From assembly GCA_934699595.1 (NCBI GenBank), contig CAKUWT010000001.1, positions 71,839 through 135,838 of the forward strand: DNA of 64,000 nucleotides. Direction: 5' to 3'. A program made the position numbers and the translations under genes. Source of the DNA: an uncultured Patescibacteria group bacterium. GTDB lineage: Bacteria; Patescibacteriota; Minisyncoccia; Phycocordibacterales; UBA918. Positions 46,871 to 55,489 of this stretch are shown here, in pieces. The notes beneath the pieces were generated by a model. The model was given only the letters and a program-made list of their open reading frames with translations. It was not told the DNA's origin and ran no database searches. Each line of letters begins with the position of its first letter. Within the stretch, counting starts at the first letter, position 1.

Positions 46871-47977
46871 ATGAGAATTGGTTTTGTAGGCGGTGCTAGT
46901 GGTGGACATTTTTATCCCCTAATAGCTGTGGCAGAAAAAATTAACGCCACTAATACTAACGCGAGGCTTTACTATTTTGGACCCACTCCTTACAACCAGG
47001 ATATCTTAGATGCCAACAATATCAAATTTGTCAAAGTACCAGCAGGGAAAGTCCGCCGCTACTTCTCCTTACTTAATTTTTTTGATTTCTTTAAAACTAT
47101 TGGTGGTCTTTTTGTAGCGTGGGTAAAACTCTACCAGGTTTATCCTGATATTATTTTTAGTAAAGGTGGTTTTACCAGTGTTCCAGTTATTCTAATGGCC
47201 CGCTTTTACCGTATCCCAGTTGTCATTCACGAATCAGACAGCAAGCCTGGCCGTGCCAGTCTACTAGCTAAAAAATTTGCCAAACGGATCGCTATTTCCT
47301 ACCCTGAAGCTGCTCAGTATTTTCCACCCGAGAAAACAGCACTGACCGGTATCCCTCTCCGAGAAGAAATCATCTCCACGGTCAACAACGCTCATGAGAT
47401 GCTAGGTATCCCTAAAGACCTACCCTTGATTTATGTAACCGGAGGTTCTTCTGGGGCAGAAAGAATTAATAACCTTACCCTCAATAGTCTAAATGAACTC
47501 TTGCCGCACTACCGCATCTTCCATCAGGCCGGTGAGGAGAATGTCAGTCGGACTAAACAAACCTCACAAGCATTAATCCAAGACCCTGAATTACTTGGGC
47601 GCTACTACATCGGTGGTCATCTACCAGTGGCCACCGTAGCGGCGCTACTAAGTGCTGCTGATTTAGTAATTTCCCGGGCTGGAAGCACCAGCATCGCCGA
47701 AATTGCTCTTCATGGCAAACCCGCCATCATTATTCCTATACCTGAAGAAATTAGTCATGACCAAAGAACTAATGCCTACGCCTACGCTCGTACTGGCGCT
47801 GCTTCAGTCCTCGAAGAAGGGAATACGACAGAACACTTGCTTGAAGCTGAAATAAAGAGTATCTTGAGTGATACTAATCGCTACGAGAGTATGGCGGCTG
47901 CAGCAAGAAACTTCACGAATCCCAATGCTGCCAAACAGATTGCCGATTTATTGATTAGTATTGGTTATGAACACTAA
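46871..47977 (+). CDS. murG: UDP-GlcNAc:lipid I N-acetylglucosaminyltransferase MurG
   Basis: GGASGGHFYP G-loop and a GT-B fold. Confidence 0.9.
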   Translation: MRIGFVGGASGGHFYPLIAVAEKINATNTNARLYYFGPTPYNQDILDANNIKFVKVPAGKVRRYFSLLNFFDFFKTIGGLFVAWVKLYQVYPDIIFSKGGFTSVPVILMARFYRIPVVIHESDSKPGRASLLAKKFAKRIAISYPEAAQYFPPEKTALTGIPLREEIISTVNNAHEMLGIPKDLPLIYVTGGSSGAERINNLTLNSLNELLPHYRIFHQAGEENVSRTKQTSQALIQDPELLGRYYIGGHLPVATVAALLSAADLVISRAGSTSIAEIALHGKPAIIIPIPEEISHDQRTNAYAYARTGAASVLEEGNTTEHLLEAEIKSILSDTNRYESMAAAARNFTNPNAAKQIADLLISIGYEH

Positions 47978-49310
47978 AAAAGTCGTCACCCGTATTCCAC
48001 CCAGCCCCACTGGGCACCTACATATTGGCACCGTCAGGACGGCTTTATTTAATTATTTATTTGCTAAAAAATACGGCGGGCAAGTACTATTCCGCAGCGA
48101 AGATACGGACAAAAAACGCAGTCTGAGAGAATATGAGGACGAAATTATTGCTGGCTTAAACTGGCTAGGGATCACTTGTGACAATCTGGACCATATCATT
48201 CGTCAATCTGAACGAGATGACCTTTACCAAAAATACTTAGAGAATTTAATTGCGAACAATCGCGCCTATCTCTCCCACGAACCCTCAAAGGCTGATCCTG
48301 AAAAAGAGGTCACAGTAGTGCGCCTTCGCAACCCTAATAAGGTAATCACCTTTACTGATCTAGTGCGCGGTGAGATTTCTTTCGACACGACTGAATTGGG
48401 TGATATCGTAATTGCCAGAAGTCTGAGTGACGCACTGTACCACTTTACTGTAGTGGTGGACGATTACGAGATGGGTGTCACTCATGTCATTCGAGGCGAG
48501 GATCACATCTCCAACACTCCTCGACAGATCTTGATTCAAGAAGCTCTTGGTTTTCCACGTCCGGAATATCTCCATTTACCGCTTATTTTGGCTCCTGACC
48601 GCTCCAAGATGTCCAAGCGACATGGTACGGTGGCGATTAACTCCTACAAAGAGGCGGGTTACCTGCCAGCCGCTATTATCAATTATCTTGCGCTGCTAGG
48701 TTGGAACCCGGGAACTGATCAAGAACTATTTACCTTAGAAGAACTAATTACTACTTTCGATATCACCGGCATTCAAAAAAGTGGGGCAGTTTTTGATCTT
48801 AATAAATTCCTTTGGTTTAACCGTCAATATTTACAAAAATTAACCCCCCAAGACTTTACCGATTATCTTCAGATAGGTAACGACAATTTTTCCCTAAACT
48901 CTCCTGACTGGCAACGCCTAATCCCCAGCATTATGGAGCGGATAAATACTCGAGAAGAATTCTATACTGATGTAAAAAATGGTCAATATGACTTTATACT
49001 AAAAGATTCCTTAACCTATGAGACCGATTTACTACAGTGGAAAAAAGATCCCGCTCTTGAAGATGCTCTACCTAGGCTGCAACAAATCCTTATTTTACTG
49101 GATAAAACCGACTTTTCATCGGCGGCAAATATTAAAAATACGCTCTGGCCTTACGTTGAAGAAGTAGGTAAGGGTGAGGTGCTTTGGCCCCTCCGAGCGG
49201 CTCTGTCTGGACAAAAGTACTCCCCAGACCCATTTACTTTAGCTTATGTACTGGGTCGGGAAAAAACTCTTGCCCGAATCCGTGAAGCTTGTGATAGAAT
49301 AGGGGAGTAA
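47961..49310 (+). CDS. gltX: glutamyl-tRNA synthetase
   Basis: RIPPSPTGHLHIGTVRTAL (HIGH) and KMSKR. Confidence 0.9.
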   Translation: MVMNTKKVVTRIPPSPTGHLHIGTVRTALFNYLFAKKYGGQVLFRSEDTDKKRSLREYEDEIIAGLNWLGITCDNLDHIIRQSERDDLYQKYLENLIANNRAYLSHEPSKADPEKEVTVVRLRNPNKVITFTDLVRGEISFDTTELGDIVIARSLSDALYHFTVVVDDYEMGVTHVIRGEDHISNTPRQILIQEALGFPRPEYLHLPLILAPDRSKMSKRHGTVAINSYKEAGYLPAAIINYLALLGWNPGTDQELFTLEELITTFDITGIQKSGAVFDLNKFLWFNRQYLQKLTPQDFTDYLQIGNDNFSLNSPDWQRLIPSIMERINTREEFYTDVKNGQYDFILKDSLTYETDLLQWKKDPALEDALPRLQQILILLDKTDFSSAANIKNTLWPYVEEVGKGEVLWPLRAALSGQKYSPDPFTLAYVLGREKTLARIREACDRIGE

Positions 49311-50626
49311 TGCAGTTTAGAATTTCTCTTAAGACAATTAACGGTGTTCTTTTAACAGCCTTTTTTATTGCTAGTTTTTTCCTCCTACCAGCGGTCTCTT
49401 CCGCCCAAAGTGAAATTGAGAAACTTAAAGCCGACATTGAAGAGCGTGGCAATCGCCTGGAGCAAATCGAAAAAGACATTGCTAAATATGAGAATCAACT
49501 AAAACAAGTAGGCGGCAAAAAGAGCACCCTGCAAAGTGCCATCAATAAACTAGAAGTAGAGCGTAAAAAAATCCAAGCCGACATTAGTTATACCGAACAG
49601 AAAATTGGCTCAACTGACTTAGAGCTTAACCTTCTCGGCAAAGAGATTGACATCACTGAAAGTAATCTAATTAAGAATAAAGAAGCGATTGCGGAAATCA
49701 TTCGCCACGCCAATAAACTAGAAGACCAAACTCTGATCGAAATATTCCTTTCTCACAACCAGCTTTCCGAATTTTGGAATAGTGTTGAAACCCTACAGAC
49801 AGTTCGCAGTGCCATGTCCAACCAGGTCAGGAAAATCCAAGAAAACCGCCGCCTCCTTGGCGAGAAGTATGGAGTGACTGAGAGCAAGAAAATTGATTTA
49901 CTTTCTCTAAAAGACCAGTACTCCGGACAGAATCAAGTTCTTACTCACAACAAAGCTGAACAAACTGAACTTCTCAACGCTACCAAAAATGAAGAGGCTA
50001 ATTATCAGAAACTCCTAAAAGACAAGCAAAATGCCCGTGCGGAAATTGAAAAAGAGCTACGTGATTTCGAATCTAAAATTCAATTTATCCTTAACCCGAA
50101 TACGATTCCGTCAGCTGGGACGGCAGTTTTTGCTTGGCCATTAGCCAACTTTACGATTACTCAATACTTCGGCGGCACCGAGTTTGCGGCCCGTAACCCT
50201 GGTATTTATGGGGGACGTGCGTACCACCCCGGTATCGACCTAGGGGCTCCGACCGGCACTCCAATTTATGCACCATTAGCGGGAACAGTCCGCGACATCG
50301 GGAACACCGACTCCGTACCCGGTTGTTATTCCTGGGGTAAGTGGACCCTGATCGATCACGCCAATGGTCTAAGTACCCTCTACGCTCACCAGAGTGTCAT
50401 CAGTGTTTCTGCTGGACAAAAAGTCAACCAGGGGCAAATTATTGGCTACGTAGGAGCAACCGGGTACGCCACCGGACCACATCTTCACCTTACCGTTTAT
50501 GCGAAGGAGGGGGTGACTATTCGGAAGTTTAACGAGATTAAAGCTGTCACTAGCTGTGGCGCCGCTCACACCCCAGTTGCCGCGACCGAGGCCTACCTTG
50601 ACCCGATGCTTTACCTACCAAAGTAA
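49310..50626 (+). CDS. M23-family murein endopeptidase with an N-terminal coiled-coil (EnvC-like)
   Basis: Signal sequence, ~200 aa of coiled-coil, and M23 motifs HPGIDL...HLH. Confidence 0.8.
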   Translation: MQFRISLKTINGVLLTAFFIASFFLLPAVSSAQSEIEKLKADIEERGNRLEQIEKDIAKYENQLKQVGGKKSTLQSAINKLEVERKKIQADISYTEQKIGSTDLELNLLGKEIDITESNLIKNKEAIAEIIRHANKLEDQTLIEIFLSHNQLSEFWNSVETLQTVRSAMSNQVRKIQENRRLLGEKYGVTESKKIDLLSLKDQYSGQNQVLTHNKAEQTELLNATKNEEANYQKLLKDKQNARAEIEKELRDFESKIQFILNPNTIPSAGTAVFAWPLANFTITQYFGGTEFAARNPGIYGGRAYHPGIDLGAPTGTPIYAPLAGTVRDIGNTDSVPGCYSWGKWTLIDHANGLSTLYAHQSVISVSAGQKVNQGQIIGYVGATGYATGPHLHLTVYAKEGVTIRKFNEIKAVTSCGAAHTPVAATEAYLDPMLYLPK

Positions 50627-50655
50627 TCACCGTCAGCAACAAAAAGGCCAATGAG

Positions 50656-51006
50656 GTGGTAAATATATTTTGCGACGAATGTCCGAGTATTAAAGTATGG
50701 TTAACTATGTCTACCCAGAAAGAATTTGCTGATTTTATTCTCGATCAATACCATAACGAACACCTCTGGTACCGTGCCATGTTTGGTGAGTACGCTTTAT
50801 ACTATGATAAAAAAGTCGTCGGCTTAATCTGTAACGATACTTTATATCTAAAAATTACTCCCGCCAACCAAATACTTTTGGCTGACAACGAGACTGGACC
50901 CGCTTATCCTAAGGCCAAACCGAGCTACTTAATTAGCGAAAGTCAGCTAGAAGACAGTGACTTCTTAAATGAAGTTACTTTGAATGTTTTTAATGACCTG
51001 AAGTAA
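50656..51006 (+). CDS. TfoX/Sxy N-terminal-domain-only protein
   Basis: AMFGEYALYYDKKVVGLICNDTLYLK matches the TfoX_N core. The start is probably MSTQKEF at 50707. Confidence 0.55.
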   Translation: MVNIFCDECPSIKVWLTMSTQKEFADFILDQYHNEHLWYRAMFGEYALYYDKKVVGLICNDTLYLKITPANQILLADNETGPAYPKAKPSYLISESQLEDSDFLNEVTLNVFNDLK

Positions 51007-51025
51007 ACTACATAGACGTACCCTA

Positions 51026-51065
51026 GGTCACGTAGAAACGCCTTCTGAGGCGTTTCTACGTGACC
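51026..51065. terminator. perfect 17-bp hairpin (ggtcacgtagaaacgcc-ttctga-ggcgtttctacgtgacc)
   Basis: Exact inverted repeat 20 nt after the tfoX_N stop. No T-run. Confidence 0.55.
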
Positions 51066-51621
51066 AAACGTATCTATTATCATACCGCCAAGCTAATGCC
51101 GAGGCTAACCTCAAGTACGACTGATCAGGGGCACGGTCCTTAATACTTTACGAGGATAAAGCTGACTGAGGGAAATAGTCAGTAAGAATGAGCAAAGGAT
51201 AGTTATTAAAGATAACTTAGCTAGACAAACGTCACAGAGCCAATGTAGTTATGGAGACTAGATCCTGACAACTTAAAATCCTCAGAACCTAAACTGTTCA
51301 AGCTACCGAGTCAGAACACAAGTAGTCAGTCCAGGTCGAGGAAGGGCCTGCTGATGAGTCTAAACCTAAGTAATAGTCGAGAGGGATCCCGCTTCGTCGT
51401 AAAAGATATATTGTGCGACGAGTCCAGAAAACACTGTATACTACTCAACTGCTAATCATAACGGCTGCTTGCCGATTGTCAGTTCACGACATCTTCGTTA
51501 AGATGCCTCTAAACGCCACAACTTCGCCCAATCGTCCCCACACAACAAACTGTCGAGCTCTAACAATCACAATTAGGTAAATTCAGACTTGGTGACTGAT
51601 AGATAAAGGATGAGCACCAAG

Positions 51622-52086
51622 TTAAATTAACTTCTTAATGACCTGGTACTCTTCCGCACTTACTGGTGAGATCGACAGCCGATTACCTCGTTGCACTAGC
51701 GGCATTTTTTGCAACGCCCGCACTGATTTTAGTTCGGTTAAAGTGACCGCCCTTTTCCACTTCTTGACAAATCTTATTTTTACTGTATACCAACGAGGTT
51801 TGTCCCTGGATGATTTTGGATCAAAGTAGACACTATGCTGGTCAAACTGTGTCGGATCCTCCACCTCGGTCTCCACAATCCTGGCCTCACCCACGATACC
51901 AGGCTCTTTGGTGTTGGAGTGATAAAAAAGTACGATGTCCCCTACCCGACAATCATCACGTAAAAAATTCCGCGCCTGGTAATTGCGTACACCATCCCAA
52001 ATCTCCCCTGCTTCCCCTACCGCCTGCAGGTCTGTCAAAGAAAAAGTCTCAGGCTCACTTTTAAACAACCAGTACCTAGGTGACAT
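51622..52086 (-). CDS. EVE (PUA-like) domain protein
   Basis: MSPRYWLFKSEPETFS...GDIVLFYHS...IVGEARIV is the canonical EVE signature. GAGGTGG lies 8 nt upstream of the ATG at 52086; the track ORF extends to 52140. Confidence 0.75.
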   Translation of the reverse strand: MSPRYWLFKSEPETFSLTDLQAVGEAGEIWDGVRNYQARNFLRDDCRVGDIVLFYHSNTKEPGIVGEARIVETEVEDPTQFDQHSVYFDPKSSRDKPRWYTVKIRFVKKWKRAVTLTELKSVRALQKMPLVQRGNRLSISPVSAEEYQVIKKLI

Positions 52087-52164
52087 AAACAAATACCACC
52101 TCTTTAGTTGTAAACGTTTTATATTTATTATATACTCCAAACATTGCCTTAATTATAACCCATT

Positions 52165-52887
52165 ATGATTCTCCTCTATTTATCAATAGCCGTTTTTGTA
52201 GCCACTTTTCTTGGCGGCTCATTGGCAATCTATCTCAAGGATCGTCTTCATCTCATTTTGGGATTCAGTGCTGGAGCCGTTATTGCCGTAGCTTTCTTCG
52301 ACCTGATTCCAGAAGCTATTGAATTAACGGAAGGTCAATACGAACCTACTACCGTCCTTTCCCTGACCGCCCTGGGGTTTGTAACTTACTTATTCATCGA
52401 CCGTATTTTCCTGCTTCCCAAACACGGCTTAAATATTCATGAGAAACACCCTGCCCGGGGTCGCGTAGGCGCCACCAGCCTTTCCATTCACAGCTTCCTT
52501 GACGGTGTAGCAATTGGCCTAGCTTTTCAAGTGTCCCCTGCAGTAGGAGCAGTGGTGGCAACCGCCGTACTAGCGCACGATTTTTCTGATGGTATCAATA
52601 CCGTCAATATGATTCTCAAGAACAAAGGCAGTCGCCGCCAGGCATTTAACTGGCTGTTAGTAGACGCAGCCGCACCAGTTCTGGGTATTATTTCAACCGT
52701 ATTTTATACCGCACCCCAGGCTGACCTTGGCTTACTCTTGGGATTATTTGCCGGCTTCTTCCTCTACATCGGAGCCAGTGACTTAATTCCTGAAAGTTAT
52801 CATAACCATCCCGTCTACTGGACAACTTTCTCTACGATCCTAGGTGTAGCGGTTTTATATACAGTTATTCAAATTGCCGGGGTTTAG
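52165..52887 (+). CDS. zupT: ZIP-family metal transporter (ZupT-like)
   Basis: Eight transmembrane segments, HSFLDGVAIG and LAHDFSDG motifs. Confidence 0.85.
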   Translation: MILLYLSIAVFVATFLGGSLAIYLKDRLHLILGFSAGAVIAVAFFDLIPEAIELTEGQYEPTTVLSLTALGFVTYLFIDRIFLLPKHGLNIHEKHPARGRVGATSLSIHSFLDGVAIGLAFQVSPAVGAVVATAVLAHDFSDGINTVNMILKNKGSRRQAFNWLLVDAAAPVLGIISTVFYTAPQADLGLLLGLFAGFFLYIGASDLIPESYHNHPVYWTTFSTILGVAVLYTVIQIAGV

Positions 52888-52962
52888 CTACCTCTCCCTC
52901 CCCCCTTTTTAAAATATTAAAAGTTCACACAAAGAACTTTGTGAGAACTTTTACATTGATCT

Positions 52963-53313
52963 CTACTTCTCCAGTACTGCAAAAATCAATAGATGGAAAT
53001 GTAGCCAATTTAAAACTGTTCGTCCCCGTCGAGTGTTCAACATTAAGGTGTCGTAATCTTCTAAGCCTCCCGCGATCAAACTATCTAACTCAGCCCGCTC
53101 CTCCGGTAACATTTCTGCGTATTCAGCAAATTTACGCTTCGGCACCAACATGTGATGGCTAGTGGCAATTTCATCATAAGGAAAACGATTGGCGATAATC
53201 CGCCAGTATTCAAACTCTCGCAGAGATGGCTCCACAGCAATAAAATCTGGCACAACTTCGGCATTCTGATAGAGGTCCTGAGTAGCTTCGCTTCTGAGTT
53301 TTGTTCGTCTCAT
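52963..53313 (-). CDS. HIT-like small hypothetical protein
   Basis: FPYDEIATSHHMLVPKRKF resembles the HIT-family substrate-loop region, with a degenerate LHFHLL triad. TATAAT lies 7 nt upstream of the ATG at 53313; the track ORF extends to 53349. Confidence 0.4.
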   Translation of the reverse strand: MRRTKLRSEATQDLYQNAEVVPDFIAVEPSLREFEYWRIIANRFPYDEIATSHHMLVPKRKFAEYAEMLPEERAELDSLIAGGLEDYDTLMLNTRRGRTVLNWLHFHLLIFAVLEK

Positions 53314-53320
53314 GGCTGAC

Positions 53321-53350
53321 ATTATAGCGACGAGACACCAATTACACAAG
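53321..53350 (-). promoter_or_regulatory. promoter TTGTGT-N17-TATAAT (minus strand), placed for a leaderless transcript
   Basis: The reverse complement of 53321-53326 is TATAAT and that of 53345-53350 is TTGTGT. The ATG lies 7 nt downstream of the -10. Confidence 0.45.
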
Positions 53351-53372
53351 CAGAGTAATGATAAAGAAAAAT

Positions 53373-53390
53373 CACCTTCATATGAAGGTG
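53373..53390. promoter_or_regulatory. 18-bp perfect palindrome caccttcatatgaaggtg (candidate operator)
   Basis: Exact palindrome centred ~50 bp upstream of the transcription start inferred from the -10 at 53321-53326 for the 52963-53313 gene. Confidence 0.4.
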
Positions 53391-53805
53391 ACGGATAAAA
53401 AAGGAAGAACGGAAAAGAAAAAGTAGTATGTGCAGAAGCAGGTGAAGCAGAAAACAGGAAAATAAGGGAAAGGTGTGGTCCGTCAAGGACGAAGCTGCGA
53501 CGACTTTTTCATTAGAATTACTTCCAACGAACTTGTCTACTTATAAAATAACATCCTTTTCAGAAACACACCAGCCCTACCCTACCCCTGCCTGGGTATA
53601 ACCGTAAATCCATTTCTGATATTTGCGCGAAGTAAACACTCTTAATCTTAATTCTGAACAAATACCTAAATCACCTACTGACAGAACCGCCAAGAGGCTC
53701 TGATCACCAAATACCACTTTCTCAACCTGTAATTCGTCTCATCTCATAAAAACCCTTACTTCGACCACTCACAGATCTTGTCTCGTGAATTATCAGACAT
53801 AACGT

Positions 53806-53851
53806 AAAAACCACCACCCGACTCGTGAGAGCCGGGTGGTGGTTTTTATTT
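53806..53851. terminator. bidirectional rho-independent terminator (A-run/stem/T-run)
   Basis: aaaaaccaccacccg-actcgtgagagc-cgggtggtggttttt, lying 3' of the minus-strand gene that ends at 53885. Confidence 0.8.
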
Positions 53852-53884
53852 TCTATTTCAATTTATATTTTCTGTCTTTCTTCC

Positions 53885-54453
53885 CTAGTTCATCGCTAGG
53901 GTATTTCCCCAACAATGCTTAGAAGCATTCCAAGGAGTAGTCCCCTGTTGATTGTAAAGGTAACGGGCGTAACCCATATTACCTTCAAGGGTTAAGATGT
54001 CATAACCAAGATTGGCAGCTTTGGCAGTATGGAGTGACTCCATAATCTGAAAGGCGCCTTTCGCGGTACTATGAGGATTTTTCAAAACGTTTCCGTTACG
54101 GTCGTACTGATTAAAGCTAGACTCACAACGAGCAATCTGAATCATCACCGGAGCATCTTGAAAGTATTCGCGAACTTCTGCCTCAACCAATCCGTACGCA
54201 GCTCGAGGAGCGGCAGCGACTTTGGCAGTAACAGATTTGGCGGCTACGGGAGCGGCCATCGCAACTTTTGTTGTTACCATCTCTTCAGTCCGAGGAGTGT
54301 TGATAACAACAATCTCTCCATAAGCTTCTGTCTGGGGAGTAACTGTACCCATTCCGAGTGTTAAAGCTGTCAGGATGATAGTGGATAAAATAAGCCAATG
54401 GTCTTATTGAATAAATGTCGGCGTTCCCACCGACAACCGCAATATCCTATCAC
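53885..54453 (-). CDS. Rpf-type transglycosylase-like domain protein (secreted); GC-rich
   Basis: IARCESSFNQYDRNGNVLKNPHSTAKGAFQIM matches the Rpf/transglycosylase-like CES(G/S)... core. The track ORF starts at ATG 54352, but the in-frame upstream sequence encodes a signal-anchor-like RWERRHLFNKTHWLILSTIILTALTLG from GTG 54453. Confidence 0.6.
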
Positions 54454-54471
54454 GAATTACGGATAGTTTAT

Positions 54472-54500
54472 ATATTAGCACATTTATTACTAAAAGTCAA
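54472..54500 (-). promoter_or_regulatory. promoter TTGACT-N17-TAATAT (minus strand) upstream of the Rpf-like gene
   Basis: The reverse complement of 54495-54500 is TTGACT and that of 54472-54477 is TAATAT. Confidence 0.45.
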
Positions 54501-54534
54501 TGGAACAGTCCGTCTTTTTGTCAATATTTGCCGA

Positions 54535-54582
54535 TCTGAACATAAAAATATCCTTATAAATAAGGATATTTCAATGTTCAGG
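54535..54582. repeat. ~21-bp imperfect inverted repeat with a perfect 11-bp core (aaatatcctta-taaa-taaggatattt)
   Basis: Hairpin or operator-like element between the ROK gene's 3' end and the Rpf-like promoter. Confidence 0.5.
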
Positions 54583-54631
54583 TCTGAAATGACTTATTTT
54601 GACTAGATTTTACAATCTAGTAATATTGTGG

Positions 54632-55486
54632 TTAGGTTTTTTCAGCCAGATAATTATGCACTAGCGCCAAACCACCGTAGAGCCCGACATCATCCCCCAA
54701 TTTCCCAGTGGTAATAAAGGGACACGGCATAAAACCATCCAAAACCAGAACTGTCTCTTCACGAATTCTATCTAAGGGGATCTTTGGATCGCCCAAAATC
54801 ATTGATCCGCCAAGCACAATCACCTCTGGAGACCAGTACAAAATGGAGTTACGTAATCCTTGAGCTAGGTAACCAGCCAGCTCATTCCATAGCACGTCCT
54901 CCTGCGGGATTTCATATGGCTTCATTCCGAGTCTCGCTTCCACAGCAGTGCCTGAGACCAGATTTTCCAAAGTAGGCATTACCTCTGGCCCTAAAATAGT
55001 ACGGTCAATGTCTAAGGTTTGATGACCGGGCTCGAACCCAACACTAGCACTGTCAATTCTACCCATCTCGATTTTAACCCCACCTACCCCAGTACTTACC
55101 GTGTGGTAAACCATGATTTCTGACCCCATGCCGGCACCAAAGTGCGCTTCTCCTAAGCCCGCGAGGGCCGTATCATTCTCTAACATTACTTTCTCAATTT
55201 TAGGAAAAGCTGCCTGAATAGCTGCCAGCAGATTAAAACCTTGCCAGGCTGATAAGTGTGAGTCTTTCTCTAAAGACTCCTTATCTTCATCTAGCACTCC
55301 TCGGATACCTCCGGCGGCAACAGTGATCTGATTATCTACAGTGGCACCAAGGGTTTTAATTTCCTTGATAAAAGTCTCAGGTTTTTTTGGAGTAGCAATC
55401 TTTTTTACCACGGTAAAACTTTTACCGTCTTCTGATAAAGCCAAGCGAGTATTTGTGCCCCCAATATCAAAAACCAAATAACTCAT
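54632..55486 (-). CDS. ROK/BadF-type ASKHA sugar-kinase-like protein (glucokinase/N-acetylglucosamine kinase-like; no Zn motif)
   Basis: MSYLVFDIGGTNTRLAL N-terminal phosphate-1 motif and a second VIVLGGSM motif. Confidence 0.7.
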   Translation of the reverse strand: MSYLVFDIGGTNTRLALSEDGKSFTVVKKIATPKKPETFIKEIKTLGATVDNQITVAAGGIRGVLDEDKESLEKDSHLSAWQGFNLLAAIQAAFPKIEKVMLENDTALAGLGEAHFGAGMGSEIMVYHTVSTGVGGVKIEMGRIDSASVGFEPGHQTLDIDRTILGPEVMPTLENLVSGTAVEARLGMKPYEIPQEDVLWNELAGYLAQGLRNSILYWSPEVIVLGGSMILGDPKIPLDRIREETVLVLDGFMPCPFITTGKLGDDVGLYGGLALVHNYLAEKT

Positions 55487-55489
55487 AGT

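Noticed and set aside
51330-51345. Hammerhead-like CUGAUGAG
   Set aside because: No downstream GAAA, no helices I-III and no cleavage-site context.
51385-51442. Apparent repeat between the tfoX_N 5' end (ATATATTTTGCGACGAATGTCC, ~50663) and the spacer (ATATATTGTGCGACGAGTCC)
   Set aside because: About 16 nt with a mismatch and an indel. Tens of such pairs are expected by chance in 64 kb on both strands, so it is not evidence of duplication.
51500-51560. tmRNA-like 5' motif GGGGACGAUUGGGCGAAG on the minus strand
   Set aside because: No tRNA-like T-arm (GGUUCGAAUCC), no CCA-proximal acceptor complement, and no plausible tag reading frame. It is probably chance.
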